Source: Lama glama (Eukaryota). Taken from it: a DNA stretch of 64,000 nt. The notes below the pieces were generated by a model. That model searched no databases. It was not told the origin of the DNA and saw nothing but the letters and a program-made list of their open reading frames with translations. Positions 37,516 through 51,015 of this stretch are shown one piece after another. Each line of letters begins with the position of its first letter. The stretch's first letter is position 1. Location: NCBI GenBank assembly GCA_028534125.1, contig CM052818.1:5830001-5894000 (forward strand), given 5' to 3'. A program made the translations under genes and the position numbers.

Positions 37516-40500
37516 GGGGTAATGCCGTTTTTCAGACTAATATAAATGATGCTACATGGGCATTGCAGAGAAACTAGCAAGTGGAGAAAACGTATAAAGA
37601 TAGAAATAAAAGTCAACCATAATCCCACCATCCATAAAAAACCCACATTATCTCTTTGACCAGAGTGTGCTTGCACTGAGACCCAAAATGTCTAAGTAGA
37701 AGCTGAGATCTGTGTGTGACAGTCTCATTGCCATGCCTGGGGGTCGGTGCTGTTTTGTTCCTTCCTTTCCGTTCTCAGTTCTTCTTGTTCCTCTTGCCTT
37801 TCCTACCCCTCACTCCCACTCTTTAAAGTGGAAGCTGAAAGGAGGGTTCCCAGTGGGTGGCCGGAAAGGCGCAGCACTTCTCGCCTTCAACTCTGTACTC
37901 CAGGGGGCTTCCAAAATTCCCCCCACCCTTGCAATGGCCAGTCCCCAAGCTCCCCGGCCCTGCTCGGGCTGTCGGTGCATGACGTGTAGGCCGCACGGGT
38001 GGACTGACAGGGCTGTGCATGCATGTTTACAAGCAACAGACGGTGCAAGTCAACACAGCCAAACCATCTTTCATCCCTAGCACATATAATTGATTCTTCT
38101 CTACTTGAAACAGTCACAACAGTCCTTGTTGTCATACTCATGTGTCTCATCTTTCATTTTAAAATAGGAACCAGCTTGCCTGGTAAGAACCCAGCAATTC
38201 TCTTTCTTTCATCCCTCTCCCTCCCTCCCAGTTGAAGGCCATCCCTTCTTCACAGGGATCTTTTTGAGTCTTTGGCACTTTTCCAGTGTAAGGATCTCCA
38301 CTCTTGTCGATCTCCATTCAGTCCCCAGGCGGTAGGCTTCTTCAGCAAAGCAAAGGGTGAGTCGTGGGCCCTGGCACTGAAGCCCATCACAGTCACCAGA
38401 ACTGGGAGCTGGAGGCACGTTTCTGTGATTCCTTCCGTTGACTGTCACGGTGTTAACAGCCGGATGTGCCATCTGGGAGATTTCCTCATCAGCAGGAATG
38501 CCACAGGCTCTGCCCTGTCATCCTCTTGTCCTTGGTGGCTCCAAGAGAGCCAGAGCGGGTGGGGGAGGGCGGAAAAGTTCTGCCCCAGTCTGGGAGCGGG
38601 AGTGGAACAGTTGCTCTCCAGCTCCTTTGGGGAGTAAAGGGTCATGGGTGGAGACCCAGAAAAGGCAGCTGCCCCAGATCTTTATAAGCGGCTAGAAGTG
38701 ACGGACATCTGGAACTCTGGGCTGGGCACCAGTGTCAAAAACGTCAAAAAGAGATTTCCCGTGTGATGCGTATGCAAACAGGAGGAGGCCCTGAGGAATG
38801 GGTTTATCTGCTTGGGAAGGCTTCTCGGTGGTGGGGCGTGGGGAGAGCACATTAGGAGCAGAGCCCCGGCATCCTTGCCACTAACTGGCTTTGTGGCCTT
38901 AAACAAACACTGAGCATTTCTGGCTTTCAGCTTTGTTCCCACCTGTGAGCGGTTTGTAGCATTCCAGGGAGTCCTTGGGGGCCAGAGGAAAGGAAGTGAG
39001 GAGACGGAGGGCTCTCGATCCTCCAATCCTATCATCTGCAACGATTTTATGTATAAATTCTAGGCCCTGGGTGAATAAGAGAGAGAAAGTCTGTAACTTC
39101 AAGGAATTTAGGTTAACATCTTAGTGGAATGTAAATGAACACAGAAAACAAATGTCAGTGTAATGTCAGGAAGTAGTAAGCGATAAGCAGAAAGAGGGAA
39201 CTGTTTCTAAGGCTGACCGCCCCTAAGAGTTGGAAGTTTGGAGCCATCTCTGGGGCGTGTAGAGCTCAGAGCAGACCGTGTTACGTGTCCCCTATTCCCA
39301 CACTTACCATGCAGCAGACATTTTTATAAATCAAAGACAGGCTTGAGAGCAAAACTGCAGCATATATCACGCAAGATGAGCACATAGGACTAGAAGAGTG
39401 GATCCGATCCAGCTGCCTTCCTTGGGGACCACAGGAAGTGGCGATCAGTGATTTCAGGCTGAAGGTGCATAGCTTCACGTGTCAGCAGACAGACGGCTTT
39501 CCCCTTTGCTAAGGACTGTCCTGCTGAGCCACTGCCTTATGTGTGATACCCAACACGTGGAGCCTGAGGCAACCGCCCACGTTCCATGCCTGTCTATCGT
39601 TGGGGCTAGTTTGACAAGTTTTGATAGCTCAGGTCAAATCCACACATTTGAGTAGAAAGAACCATGTGTATTATTATCAGGAGGCTAAGTAAGTTGAAGT
39701 TTGGAAGTGCCTTTAATTCATCTCTTCCAGTCTTCAGTTTTCAGCCGAAGACTGTGAAGGGCTCAGAAGTTGGAGGAACAGAGTCACGATCGCACAGTCA
39801 CTTGACTGTGTCAGAGCTGAGTGACTCCAGGCCCAGGCTGCCGAGATGATCGACACCATTCAGTTATGGTCCTGGCTGTTGGCTTACATATCTGTTACAC
39901 AAATAGAATCAAAGTGTTTTCCTAGGTGACTGATCTGCTAAATTATCCAACAAGAAACAGCAGCTATTTACCCAGGCTTGCATCTCTAATTCTCTCCTAA
40001 TTTAATTCTCTTCTGGTTATTCTCTTCCGGGCTATTTGTTCCTCTTTACGATAGAATCTAAATTATACATTCAGTCCGTCCCAGCTCATGAGTAGAACGA
40101 GGATCTGAGGCATCGGAGAATAACACGGCACTCACCTGGTACAACTGGACTATAAAGATTTTCCATTTAAATGATGCAGAAAGTTAAAAAAAAAAGGCTT
40201 CTGGATGAATCAGACACCGCAGACAGTCGTGATTTCCACTTCTTCAGTTTATGGAGTTGAACCCTTTAAACATGTAAAACAAGCCCTACTGAGGTCATCG
40301 GCGCTTGGAAGGCTCCCAGTTTTCTCTCTCACTGAAAAGAAGGGCTACAGATCTGCGGGAGGAAGCGAAGGCCTATTGGACGGGATTACGTGGACTGCTG
40401 ACTTTAAACTCAGAAAACAATCCAGTATGTGTAGATGATGCTTTACGGTTTAGAAAACACTTTCTCATGTCTCTTCAGTCCTCAGAGTAGCCCGAGAATG

Positions 40501-40899
40501 TTCCGAGGGCTATCAGTGGCCCACAGAAGTGCCCAGAACGTTTATCAGAGACACAAGGGGCACACAGGAGAGGCCAAAGCCTAGAATGGCAAGATTTTCA
40601 CTTTTGGAAGAGATCTCAGAAATTGTTTAGTTAAATAACCCCCAATCTCCATAGCACCAGTAACTGTTTGAGACTATCTCTGAGAACTGGGGATATCTAG
40701 TCTGTACAGGGGCCCCACAAAGCAATTCATTCCATTAAAAAAAAGTTTTTCAAGCTCTTAGATTTGAAAAAATTTGAGCTCAAATCAGTCTCTTGTGTCT
40801 TTTGGCTCATCGGTCCTGACTCAGGCATCAGGTGTTATGCTGGGTAGTGATACCAGCTACCTTGGAGGCAGGGCCGAGTGTGGAATACAGTATTTCAAT

Positions 40900-41050
40900 C
40901 CCCATGAACCGTCTCATGATGAATATTATCTTCCCTTAAAAAAATTAAACAGATGATCAGAGAGATTCAATTAAGTGTGAAAAGGCACATAATTAGGGGC
41001 AAATCTAGCATTTGAACCCAGGTCTGTCTTGCTCTACCAGAACACACTGT
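40900..41050 (-). mobile_element. MIR SINE
   Basis: CAGAGAGATTCAATTAAGTG...GCATTTGAACCCAGGTCTGTCT. Confidence 0.6.
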
Positions 41051-41212
41051 TCAAGGGAAGTCTCTAATCCTTTTGTACCGGATTGCTCCCCAATATCTGA
41101 AGACGATTTGGGAAATCCTGTCAACATGTCTATCTCAAGTTGGATAGAGTACCCCTTTGTTTGGGGCACTCTTTTTGGGTGCGGAATCAGGAAAATGCAC
41201 ACACGCACCTAG

Positions 41213-41500
41213 CTATAAAACAGAAACAGACTCACAGACATAGAAAACAAACTTACAGTTACCAAAGAGGAAAGGGCGGAGAGGGATAGATTAGGAGTTT
41301 GGGATTAGCAGATACAAACTACAACATACAGAAAAGATTAACAACAAGGTCCTACTGTACAGCACAGAGAACCATATTCAATAGCTTGTAATAATCTATA
41401 ATGAAAAAGAGTATATATATAACTGAATCACTATGCTATACACCAGAAACTAACGCAACATTGTAAATCAACTATACTTCAAATAAAAAAATAAAAATAA
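41213..41500 (+). mobile_element. LINE-1 3' UTR with A-rich tail
   Basis: AAAACAGAAACAGACTCACAGACATAGAAAACAAACTT...TTGTAAATCAACTATACTTCAAATAAAAAA. Confidence 0.95.
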
Positions 41501-42479
41501 ATACATACATGTTTGCTCAGGTTTGTGTATTCCAGCTTAAGAACCTATGACTATTCCTCCAACCATGACTTAAAAACCCATGACTATTCCCCAATATCTG
41601 AAGACGATTTGGGAAATCCTGTCAACATGTCTATCTCAATGTGAGTTTTTGTTCACTCATTGTTGTCACGGTCATGGTACTCTGAAGCTGTCCTAGTGTT
41701 TGTCAATGTTCCTCATTTTATGTGGTGCCCAGAATGGAGCACACTGCTCCAGGATACCAGTGCAGCCCACCGGATGGGAAGGAATTTCAACGCAGTACCA
41801 CCCCTGCTCTGTTCAGCACCCTCTACTCCATGAACTCACCAAAACTCAACGACACGAGCAAGGTCACCTGTAATTCATGGTTCCCTGTAAGATTCACATC
41901 TTTTGATTCCAGCTCCCAGGGCTTTTTCATCTCGTGAGATGAAGTTCACACCTGGGTAATAAGGCTCCTTCTCAAGTCATATCCAAAGCTGTGTAGAAAA
42001 TTCCTTTGGACACAATAGGAATTGTTTTGCTTTATATTACTCCCTGTTATTGCCGGAGACAGATGCCTGTAGTAAACAAGCCCCCACGGAATCTCTGCCC
42101 AGGAAGGATGTCCGCCAGGTAAGGGAGCATGTTTCACTCAGCCTGGACACCTCCGTTCCTCCAGGAAAGTCCCTGGAGGTTCTCTGTTCTTTTCACACCA
42201 CACAGAAGGATAGCCTGAAAAAGACAGCAGCATGACCTCTCCACATACATTCTGTTTTTTTTTTGCTTGCCATAAAATGAACCCCCAATTCTGCAATAAA
42301 TTCTGAGGGCTGGGATTCTAACTCTAATGGCCAAATCTTCTTGGGTTGGCTGGTGTCCCACCTTTAGAAGGACCCCGCTGAGATGGTTTTGCTCACCTCT
42401 GTGCTTCTTACCCGGATAGAGGAGAAGAAAGGGGGAAAGCAAGGAGACGGTGGCCGTGTTTACTAGACAGACGGCAGGA

Positions 42480-43670
42480 TGCTGCTGGGGCTCCTTCAGG
42501 AACTCAGTGACGTCACTCCCTCGTCCTTGAAACGTTCTTTGCTTGGTTTTCCCTCATCTCTTCTCACGTTCTGTTGTTAGTTTCTCCCGTTATCCCGTCT
42601 GCCCGCTTTTAATGTTGGAGTGGCCCAGGCTTTCGTTCTTGGCCCTCTCCTCTCTCTGTATTCACTCCTTGGCAGATTTCTTTTAGTTTCATGGCTTTAA
42701 ACACTACGAATGTGTGGGCGACTTCCCCCCCAAATTATAACTTAAGTCCAGACCTGTCTCTTACACTCCAGATATATATACTATATATATTGATATATAT
42801 TATTAATTCCACTGGGATGTGGAATTAATTCCACAGACGTCTCAAACTCAGCATGTTCAAAACTGATTCCTGATCTTACCCTAAAACACACACCACATGT
42901 AGCCTTCTCCATCTCAGTCGGTCTTCCAGTTGCTCGGGTCAAAAAAACCTCGAAGTCATTTTTTTACTTCTCTCTCCAAGCCAACATGAAATCCGTGAGC
43001 AAATCCTGTCCATTCTATCTTCAGGATATACCCAGAATCTGACCCCTCCCTGCCATCTGTTCCATGTTACCTTTGTTCCTTGCCTGGAACAGTTCAATAC
43101 ACACCTGACCAATTGCCTTGCTCCTACCTGGGTCTCCCTAGGCTACTCTTAATACAGCCGCCAGCATCATCTTCTTGAAACGTTAAATCAGGTCACGTCA
43201 CTTCCGCTCAAAACGCCACACCAGCTCCCTATTTTGTTCAGAGTCAAAGTCAAAGTCCTTACGCTGATTTATGTGATTGTCCCAAATTGCCTATAAGCTT
43301 CCTATTTAATTCCTTTTCTCTCACTCATTCTCCTCCAGGCACACTTACCTCTTAACTCCCTCAGCACCTTGAAGTAGTTGCTCAAATGTCACCTTGTCAC
43401 TGAAGCCGACCACTCCTCCGACCAGGGCACACACATCCCACACTTCTGATCCCCTGCTCGACTCTGCTGTCTTTTCTCTTTGGTTTCCAATAAGCCTAAC
43501 ATTTGCTTAGCTGTTATGCTTATTGCTTGTTCTCTTTCTCCACTTGCATGCAGACTCCACAAGGGCAGGGATGTTTATCTGATTAGTTTATTTACGTATC
43601 TTGGCAATGAGAGCAGAACTTGGTCCAGAGGAGACAATCACTAAATACCTGTTGAATAAAGCAATTAATG
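42480..43670 (+). mobile_element. L2a-like LINE, about 1.2 kb of 3' region
   Basis: TCTCAAACTCAGCATGTTCAAAACTGA, AGCAAATCCTGTC..TCTATCTTCA, CTCCACAAGGGCAGGGA and CTAAATACCTGTTGAAT are L2 hallmarks in the expected order. Confidence 0.9.
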
Positions 43671-44544
43671 AATAAAGATTGTGTGAACAAAAAACAAGAG
43701 GGTCCAATTTTGCTGTTGTTGGATAACTAATAACTGCAATGACATATCTGGATGAAAACATAGATATATTCCCATTACAGTGCTGTTTATCATGTGCGGC
43801 ATAGCCATCCCATGCTTCTCAAACTGGGATACCACAAACCTAATGTAAGCATGGCACGTCACCCTTTGGTTTCTAACTTTCTCAAAGATGTGGGTAAAAA
43901 TATTTCTTTCAGATTAGTAAAAACATTAAAAAAATAGAACACAAACTTTGCATGAATCCCAAAGACGAAACCCAAGATTTCACAGAAATAGTTCTGCCTC
44001 TAATTCTTCCATCTCATATGTTTGCTTTCCTCTGCCCTAAATGGTAATTCATGGAAAATGCTGAATAATATTTTAATATTAAGCCAAAATTTCAACAGGA
44101 TAGTTTTTTCTATGTTCAAGGCATTTACTGAGTTCACCAAATACTTGGCAAAGCAACTTCTTCTCATTCCTACGGCTCACAGAGCCTGCCATCATTACCA
44201 TTAGCTTAATATCCTCTTGGGAACATTCCTACTATTGGAAACCAAGGCCACACCAAGGGCTGAACACCATTCAGCAACTCAGAGAAGGAGAAAACAAGCT
44301 ACTCTATGCAACGGACTAAATGTTCAGTGTTCTGAGTCTCACACAGAATCCATATCTGATTCTTTAACTTCTTCCCATCAGAAAAAAAAATGAAATACCT
44401 TTTAAATCCCTATCACAAAAAGAATCCACACAAATTGTGAATTAAAGCCAAGGTTTTTGAAGATGATGATCTGGGTGCAGGTGCAGGTGCCGTGAAACAC
44501 CATTTTGCACACAATGCTAGAGGCACTGCCAATCGATGTCCCTA

Positions 44545-44770
44545 CAGTTTACTTTTGTTGTGCAACCACCATCCCCCTCAACCCACAACAATCATTTCGT
44601 CATGTCTCCGGGTTTCTGTGGGTCACAAATTTGGGCAGGACACCGTCTGAACAAAGCTGAAGTCTGGAATCATCTGGAGGCATCTCCACTCACACCCCTC
44701 GCAGTTGAGACCTAGCTGGGCTGTTGCCTCTCCATTGTGGGTCCTTGCCTGCGCTGTCCGCTGGGCAGAG
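44545..44770 (-). mobile_element. MLT1-like LTR fragment
   Basis: TTTCTGTGGGTCACAAATTTGGGCAGG...CTGGAATCATCTGGAGGC. Confidence 0.6.
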
Positions 44771-44779
44771 GTGTGTTCT

Positions 44780-45120
44780 TTTCAACTCTTTAGTTTTAGT
44801 AAAACATGCATACTTTAAATGCACAAATCTCAAGTGGACAGTTATGTGAGGTTTTACAAGGTGAGCACAGTGGTGTGGCTAGATAGATCACTGTGTATTG
44901 GGTTCAAGGTTTAGATCAAGATACAGAACATTATCAGCAAACACAGAAGCCCTCTTGTGTCTTCTTTTCCAAAGATGGGCACTCTACTGATGTTTGTCAC
45001 CATAATCTCATTTTGCCTTTTTTGAACTTTATATAGAAAAGATTTATGCACATGTACACTTGAGTATCTGGCTTCTTTTAGCTTAACCTTACGTAAGCTT
45101 AACCTTATCCATATGTTGAA
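44780..45120 (-). mobile_element. Old L1MD/ME 3' terminus
   Basis: AAATGCACAAATCTCAAGTG...GATCAAGATACAGAACATT...TTTTGCCTTTTTTGAACTTTATATA. Confidence 0.75.
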
Positions 45121-45121
45121 A

Positions 45122-46997
45122 CTCTAGCCACCCTTCACCTTTTTTGCCATATCCACAATCTCTTTCATGATTTCCTCAGTTGCCTCTGTTGTAAATCCTG
45201 TGAAGTCATGCGTGACATTTGGACACCATTTTCTCCAGCAGGAATATGCTGTTTCCGGCTTGATAGCTTTCATGGCTTTTTCGGTAACAACAATGGTGTC
45301 TTCGACGGTGTAATCCTTCCAGACCTTCATGATGTCTCGAGGGTCTCTTCTACAGCACTGACACACTGACAATCCTTTCCCCAGAGTCCAGTGTGTAATG
45401 AGCCTTAAAGGTCCTTATGACCCATGGATCTAGAGGCTGAATTAGACATGTTGTGTTTGGGGGCAAGCAGACCACCCCCAAGCCTTCAGTGTTGAAGTCA
45501 TGAGGTTCTGGGTGGCCAGGGGCACGGTCTGATATCAAAAGAACTTTAAAAGGCCGTCCCTTACTGGCAAGGCACTTCCTGACTTCAGGGACAAAGCACT
45601 GATGGAACCAACTCAGGAAAAGGGTTCTGGTTGTCCAGGCCTTCTTGTTGTACAGCCAGAAGACTGGCAGCTGGTGTTTATCTTCTCCCTTCAGGGCTCA
45701 GGGGTTAGCAGCTTTACAGATAAGGACAGCCCTGATCACAGACCTGCGCACAAGACAGTAGAGCCGGCCGATCCCTTCCTGCCTTAAATTGGTGCTCACT
45801 TCTCTTCCTTACCAATAAATATCCTTTGTGGCATTTCCGCCCCCTCTCCCCAGAATAGGGCACTTTTGTCTGCTTTAAAAACCTCTTCAGGAAGATACCC
45901 CTTCTCCTCAGTGATTTTCTTGATGGCATCTGGGAACTCATCTGCTGCTCCTGTTACCTGGACATTTTTTTTTTAAAGTCAAACCTCTTTCTAAAAACCA
46001 TCAAACCATCCTTTGCTGGCACTAACTTCTCCAGCTGTAGATTCTTCACTTTCCTTTTGGTTTAAATGGTCATATAATGACCTTGCTTTTTCTTGACTCA
46101 TATGCAGTCCATAGGGATGCCTTACTCAGAGCAATTCTGCCCCTATGTAAAAGCTGCATTTTCAACACGAGATGAAGCATAAGGTTTTCACGCCTGTTGG
46201 TGTAACTGCCATGACAGCTTCACAAATTTCCTCTTCTTTTTTTTTTACAACGGTCCTTAGGTTGGATTCATTTATCTTGAAATGGCGGGAAACTGCAGCT
46301 GCAGACCTCAATCTACTGTGCATATCAAGCAATTCAACTTTGTCCCATAATGTCATGACTTTTCTCTGCTTCTGGGGAGAACTTCCAGCATCACTAGTGG
46401 CGCCTCGTATGGGTCCCATGGTGTTAGTCAAAGTTTATGGTATTGCACTAAACATGATAAAAAATACGTGAGAACCATGAGAGATCACCTTTTACTGTGG
46501 TAGGCAACTTACTGGAGGGACAAAATGCTCTCTTGGAGATGATTACCATCACATATGTTTTAAGCGGATCCTCACAATATCTGAGCTCACCACAATAGCA
46601 ACCGACGTGGCTACGGAATTAATATAGCAGTACACTATGTGCTACAGTTAATGTGACGCAGTTATGATTTAACAGGACATCTTTATGTTTGTTTACATTT
46701 CTCTCAACTGTGAAGGGTACCGTGTATGGTAAGTGTGAGAATGCTTTGATAAATTTTAACTTTTTATAATAGATCTGATGGTAGTAAGTGATAAACTACA
46801 CTAGGATCTACATATATTTTATGCATTCATGATATACCCTAATTTTTTTCTTTTTTCTATATTTCTAGGCAGCACAGTTTGCAAGTTTTTTTAAACTGTC
46901 ACAAATCTCCAAAATACATTCCAAGATATTTATTTTTTTAAAAATCCATGGATAAGTGAACCTGTGCAGCTCAAAAAAGTTGTTCAAGGGTCAACTG
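45122..46997 (-). mobile_element. Tigger2 (pogo-like Tc1/mariner) DNA transposon, 3'-truncated, with decayed transposase
   Basis: TIR CAGTTGACCCTTGAACAAC on the minus strand ending at 46997; transposase pieces MGPIRGATSDAGSSPQKQRKVMTL..KVELLDM (HTH), LPPNTTCLIQPLD (DDE) and IMKVWKDYTVED. Confidence 0.9.
45124..46419 (-). pseudogene. Tigger2 transposase pseudogene, frameshifted
   Basis: Homologous segments lie in different frames: ORFs 46162-46431, 45714-45941, 45350-45538 and 45124-45372. Confidence 0.85.
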
Positions 46998-46999
46998 CA

Positions 47000-49580
47000 C
47001 TTATTAATGGCAATGGATATTTTATCTAACTGTAGTACAGTGGCTGGTACGGTTGAGTCTACCATCTTGTTCTTTATTCCTGTTCTAGATCTGTTCCCTA
47101 TTCCTTTGTTTCTCCTTGTCTGTCTTCTTTTGTCTACACATCCTTGCTTCATTTTAAAAAATAATTTCTCTAGAAATCAAATATGCCTCTGTTTAAATTC
47201 TTAAATTTATTTTTTTAATTGGAGTATAGTTGACTTACAATGTTGTGTTAGTTCTGGTGTACAGCATAGTGACTCAGTCCTACATATATATATACAGTAA
47301 ATATGTGTTCTTAAGTTATGTCTCCCTTAGATTAACATTTTGCTACTTCAGGTATAATATAATAACTTTGTATCAGTATCCATCCATTTGCCTCCCTTCC
47401 TTTTTTTAGGCTATTGTTTTATTTTATTTTGCTTTCACATATTTATAAATTCCATAAAATTTTACCATTGTTATTACTTATGCTTTAAACAACTGTCTCT
47501 TAAAGAATTTAAGAAAAGTGAATATGTTTTTATTTCTCCACAATTTTAGCATCTCTGTTCTTCATCCTGTCCTATAGCTTTGATTCTCCACTTAGAATTT
47601 CATTTATTTGACAATAACTTTATTCCACTTCTGTTTTTGAAGAATATTTTCATTGGATATAGAATTCTAGTTTGCCGTGTTTTTGTTTTTAGTACTTTGG
47701 AGATGTCTTCTGATTTGCATTATTCCTGATGAGAAGGCAATCATTTTTCTTATCATTGTTTTCCAGTACGTAATGCGTGTTCTCTTCCTCTGGCTGAGTT
47801 TGCAACCCTTCTCTTTACCTTTGGTTTTCAGCAATTTGAAATGATGTTCCTAGGTGTAATTTTTATTTGTTTTTATTCATCCTGATTGGAATTCACTGGA
47901 TCTCATGGATCTGGAAGCCTTTTTCCCTTATTAAACTTGGAAAAACTGTGGCAATTATTTCTTCAAATTTATTTTTCTTCCTTATACTTTCTTCTTTTTC
48001 TGGGTCTTCTAATGCATGTATGTTAGACTGCTTGATATTATCTCAAAGATTACTGATACTCTGTCTCTCCTTTTTTTTTTTTAAATACTTTATCCTTCCC
48101 TTCTTTGGTTTGGATAATTTCTAAACACCTGCCTTTAAGCTCCCTTTACCTATATTCTACAGTGTCTAATCTTCTATGAGCTTATTCAATGGATATTTTA
48201 TTCTAGAAATTGTATCTTTCAGGTGAAAAATTTACATTTGTTTCTTTTTTTATCCTTTCTATTACTTTTCAGACATAGTTCATCTCTTTACTCATTGTAT
48301 CTATTTTTTCCTGTGAATTTTTAAAACATATGTGTGTTTTAAAAGTTCTTGTCCACTAATTTCAACAATTTTGTCATTTTTGGTTCTACTTTTATTGACT
48401 ATATTTTCTTTTCATCATGGTTACATTCTCCTACTTTTTGTAAGCTTTATACTTAAAAAAATTTATCCCATTGTGAACAAAAGAATAGTGGAAGCAAAAG
48501 TATAATATTGTTTTGTTTTGTTTAGTTTATTCACCAGATAGTGAAATCCCTTTCGTCTGTCTGGCAGTTAGGATTAAGGGTTGATCATTTGGGTTCCTCT
48601 TAGGACCAAACTGAATGGCGGCTTGAATTATATTGAGTTCACCTGTGAACTGTTCAACCCCTAATTTCCTTTGTTGCTATCTTTTTAAAAATCTTTTCAG
48701 TATTAGAACTGAGAGGTTTTTTTTTGTTTTTGTTTTTGTTTTTTTGCTGTAGTTCATGATAAATTTGTTTTACCTTTGGATTCAACAGGAGCCAAAAATT
48801 CAATTACTATGAAAATGAATAACATTAGACTTCCAAACCCCCTCCACTATTGTTTTCTTGGCAAAAATTCAGGGATATGGTTAAGGAATATATTTCTCAG
48901 GTCCACCAATTTTGCTTTTGCATTGGGGGGTTCATCCAGATTCCAATATGTCCTCTCAACTTACACAATATTCTAAGACTTGTCTGATTTCTCCTCATTC
49001 ACACAGTCTCTTTGATTATGAGAAGCTGACTCTCCTATTCACTTGTCCCCAGCATGGTCACACTCTAGGTATGGAAGCTGCCATGACTTTCTGTTCACTT
49101 ATGAAGGAATAATTTTCCTCTAGAACTTAGTTTGTCAAGGATTCTTTGTTTGTAGTACTCTTCGCTAGCTGGTTATAATAATAAAAACATGATTTTAATT
49201 TTATCTGGGTTTTTCTTATTCCTTATCTGGTTACTCTTCAGTTTCCTCTGGGTTACTATGGGAACCACAATCTTTTGTATCCTTCTGAATCCTAACTAAA
49301 ATAAAAACTATCTTGCCTTTATTTTTGAAAAATACTGTATATGAATACAGAATTCTAGATTTCAGTTATTTCCTTTGAGCACTTTGAAGATGTCATTCCA
49401 TTATATCTTTTTCATTATCTTTTTTTCCCCAGTATTTTCTGTTTCAAAGTCAGTCTTATGTCTTATTGTTGTCCCTTTGAAAATATGTCCTTTCCCCCCC
49501 CCCACTACAGCTGCTTTTTTAGGTTTCTCTCTTTGACTTTGATTTTCAGCAGTTCTAATAAGATAAGCCTATGTATGGTG
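47000..49580 (-). mobile_element. Very old L1ME-type ORF1/5' region fragments, with a young L1 3' terminus at about 47205-47295
   Basis: T-rich strand with GATATAGAATTCTAG, TACTTTGGAGATGTC, CTGATGAGAAG and ATTATTTCTTCAAAT, typical of antisense L1 ORF1; similar motifs recur at 49320-49580. Confidence 0.7.
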
Positions 49581-49659
49581 CTATTATAATAATACTCGGT
49601 GAGAATCTGTGGTGGGCTTGCATTACCGTTGAACTGCCATTGTAGCTAATTCAAAAATT

Positions 49660-51015
49660 AATTGGCCATATACAAAAACAGACACATAGATCAATGCAAC
49701 TGAACAGAGAGCCCAGAAATAAACCCACACATGTATGATCAATTAATCTATGACAAAGGAGCTGAGAATATACAATGGGGAAAAGACAATCTCTTCAGTA
49801 AGTGGTGTTGGGAAAACTGGACAGCTCCATGCAAAAGAATGAGACTGGACTACATTCTTCTTTTTTTTTTTTAATGGAGGTACCAGGGATTGAACCCAGG
49901 ACCTCATGCACACTAAGCATGTGCTCTACCACTGAGCTATATCCACCTTCCAAGACTAGACTGCATTCTCACACCATGTACAAAAATAAACTCAGGAGAG
50001 AGTAAAGACCTAAATGTAAGACCTGAAACCTTAAAACTCTTAGAAGAAAACAGAGGCAGTAACTCTCTGACATCAATCTTAGCAATAATTCCTTGGATGT
50101 CTTTTCAGTCAAGAGAAACAAAATCAAAAATAAACAAATGGGACCTTATCAAACTTAACAGCTTTTGTACGGCAAAGGAAACCATCAACAAAATGAAAAG
50201 GCAACCTATTGAATAGGAGAAGACATCTACAAATGATATGTCTGCTCAGGGGTTAATACCCAAATACATAAAGAATGCATACAACTTAATACCAAAAAAC
50301 CACCTGATTAATAAATGGGTAGAAGATCTGAATAGATATTTCTACAAAGAAAACATACAGATGGTCAATAATGCTCAACATTGCTAATCATTAGGGGAAT
50401 GCAAATCAAAACCACAATGAGATACCACTTCACACCTGTCAGGAATGGCTGTCATCAAGAACACCACAAATAACAAATGTTGGAGAGCAAAGGGGAAGAA
50501 AAGGGGACTCTTGTACATTGTTGGTGGGAATGTAAATTGGTGCATCCTCTATGGAAAACAGTGTGGAAGGTCCTCAAATTTTAAAAATAGAACTATCTTA
50601 TGACCCAGCAATTTCATTCCTGGTTATTTAAAGAAAATGAAAATACTAATTCAAAAAGATATATGCACCCCCAATGTACATAACAACATTATCAGTAATA
50701 GCCAAGACACACACACAACACACACATAGACACACACACACTACACAATGGAATATTACCCAACCATAAAAAAGAATGAAATTTTGCCATTTGCAGCAAC
50801 ATGGATGGACCTGGAAGGTATTATGCTTAGTAAAATAAGTCAGACAGAGAAAGACAAATACTGTATGTTTTCACTTATATTGTGGAATCTAAAAATAAAG
50901 CCAACAAATAAATAGAATAAAACAAAATGAAACAAAACTCACAGATGCAGAGAACAAACTAGTGGGTTGCCCGAGGGAAGAGGGCTGAGTGGAGGGGCAA
51001 ACCAGGTGAAGGGAG
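49660..51015 (+). mobile_element. LINE-1 ORF2 3' portion and partial 3' UTR, no poly(A) seen
   Basis: AGAGCCCAGAAATAAACCCACAC, GGTGTTGGGAAAACTGG, ATGCAAATCAAAACCACAATGAGATACCAC, GCAGCAACATGGATGGACCTGGA. Confidence 0.95.
49859..49952 (-). mobile_element. Short tRNA-derived SINE (Vic-1-like) nested in L1
   Basis: Reverse complement TATAGCTCAGTGGTAGAGCACATGCTTAGTGTGCATGAGGTCCTGGGTTCAATCCCTGGTACCTCCATT plus poly(A); TSD AGACTGGACTACATTCT (49842-49858) vs AGACTAGACTGCATTCT (49953-49969). Confidence 0.9.

Noticed and set aside
41087..41639. CRISPR-like array or LTR pair
   Set aside because: Only two copies, mammalian context, no TG...CA termini and no internal retroviral sequence
45124..46431. 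Domesticated TIGD/CENP-B-like gene
   Set aside because: Multiple frameshifts and stops, and a TIR is still attached, so it is a fossil Tigger2
49870..49950. Functional tRNA gene
   Set aside because: Poly(A) tail, TSD and position inside an L1 indicate a SINE; same for 17820-17890
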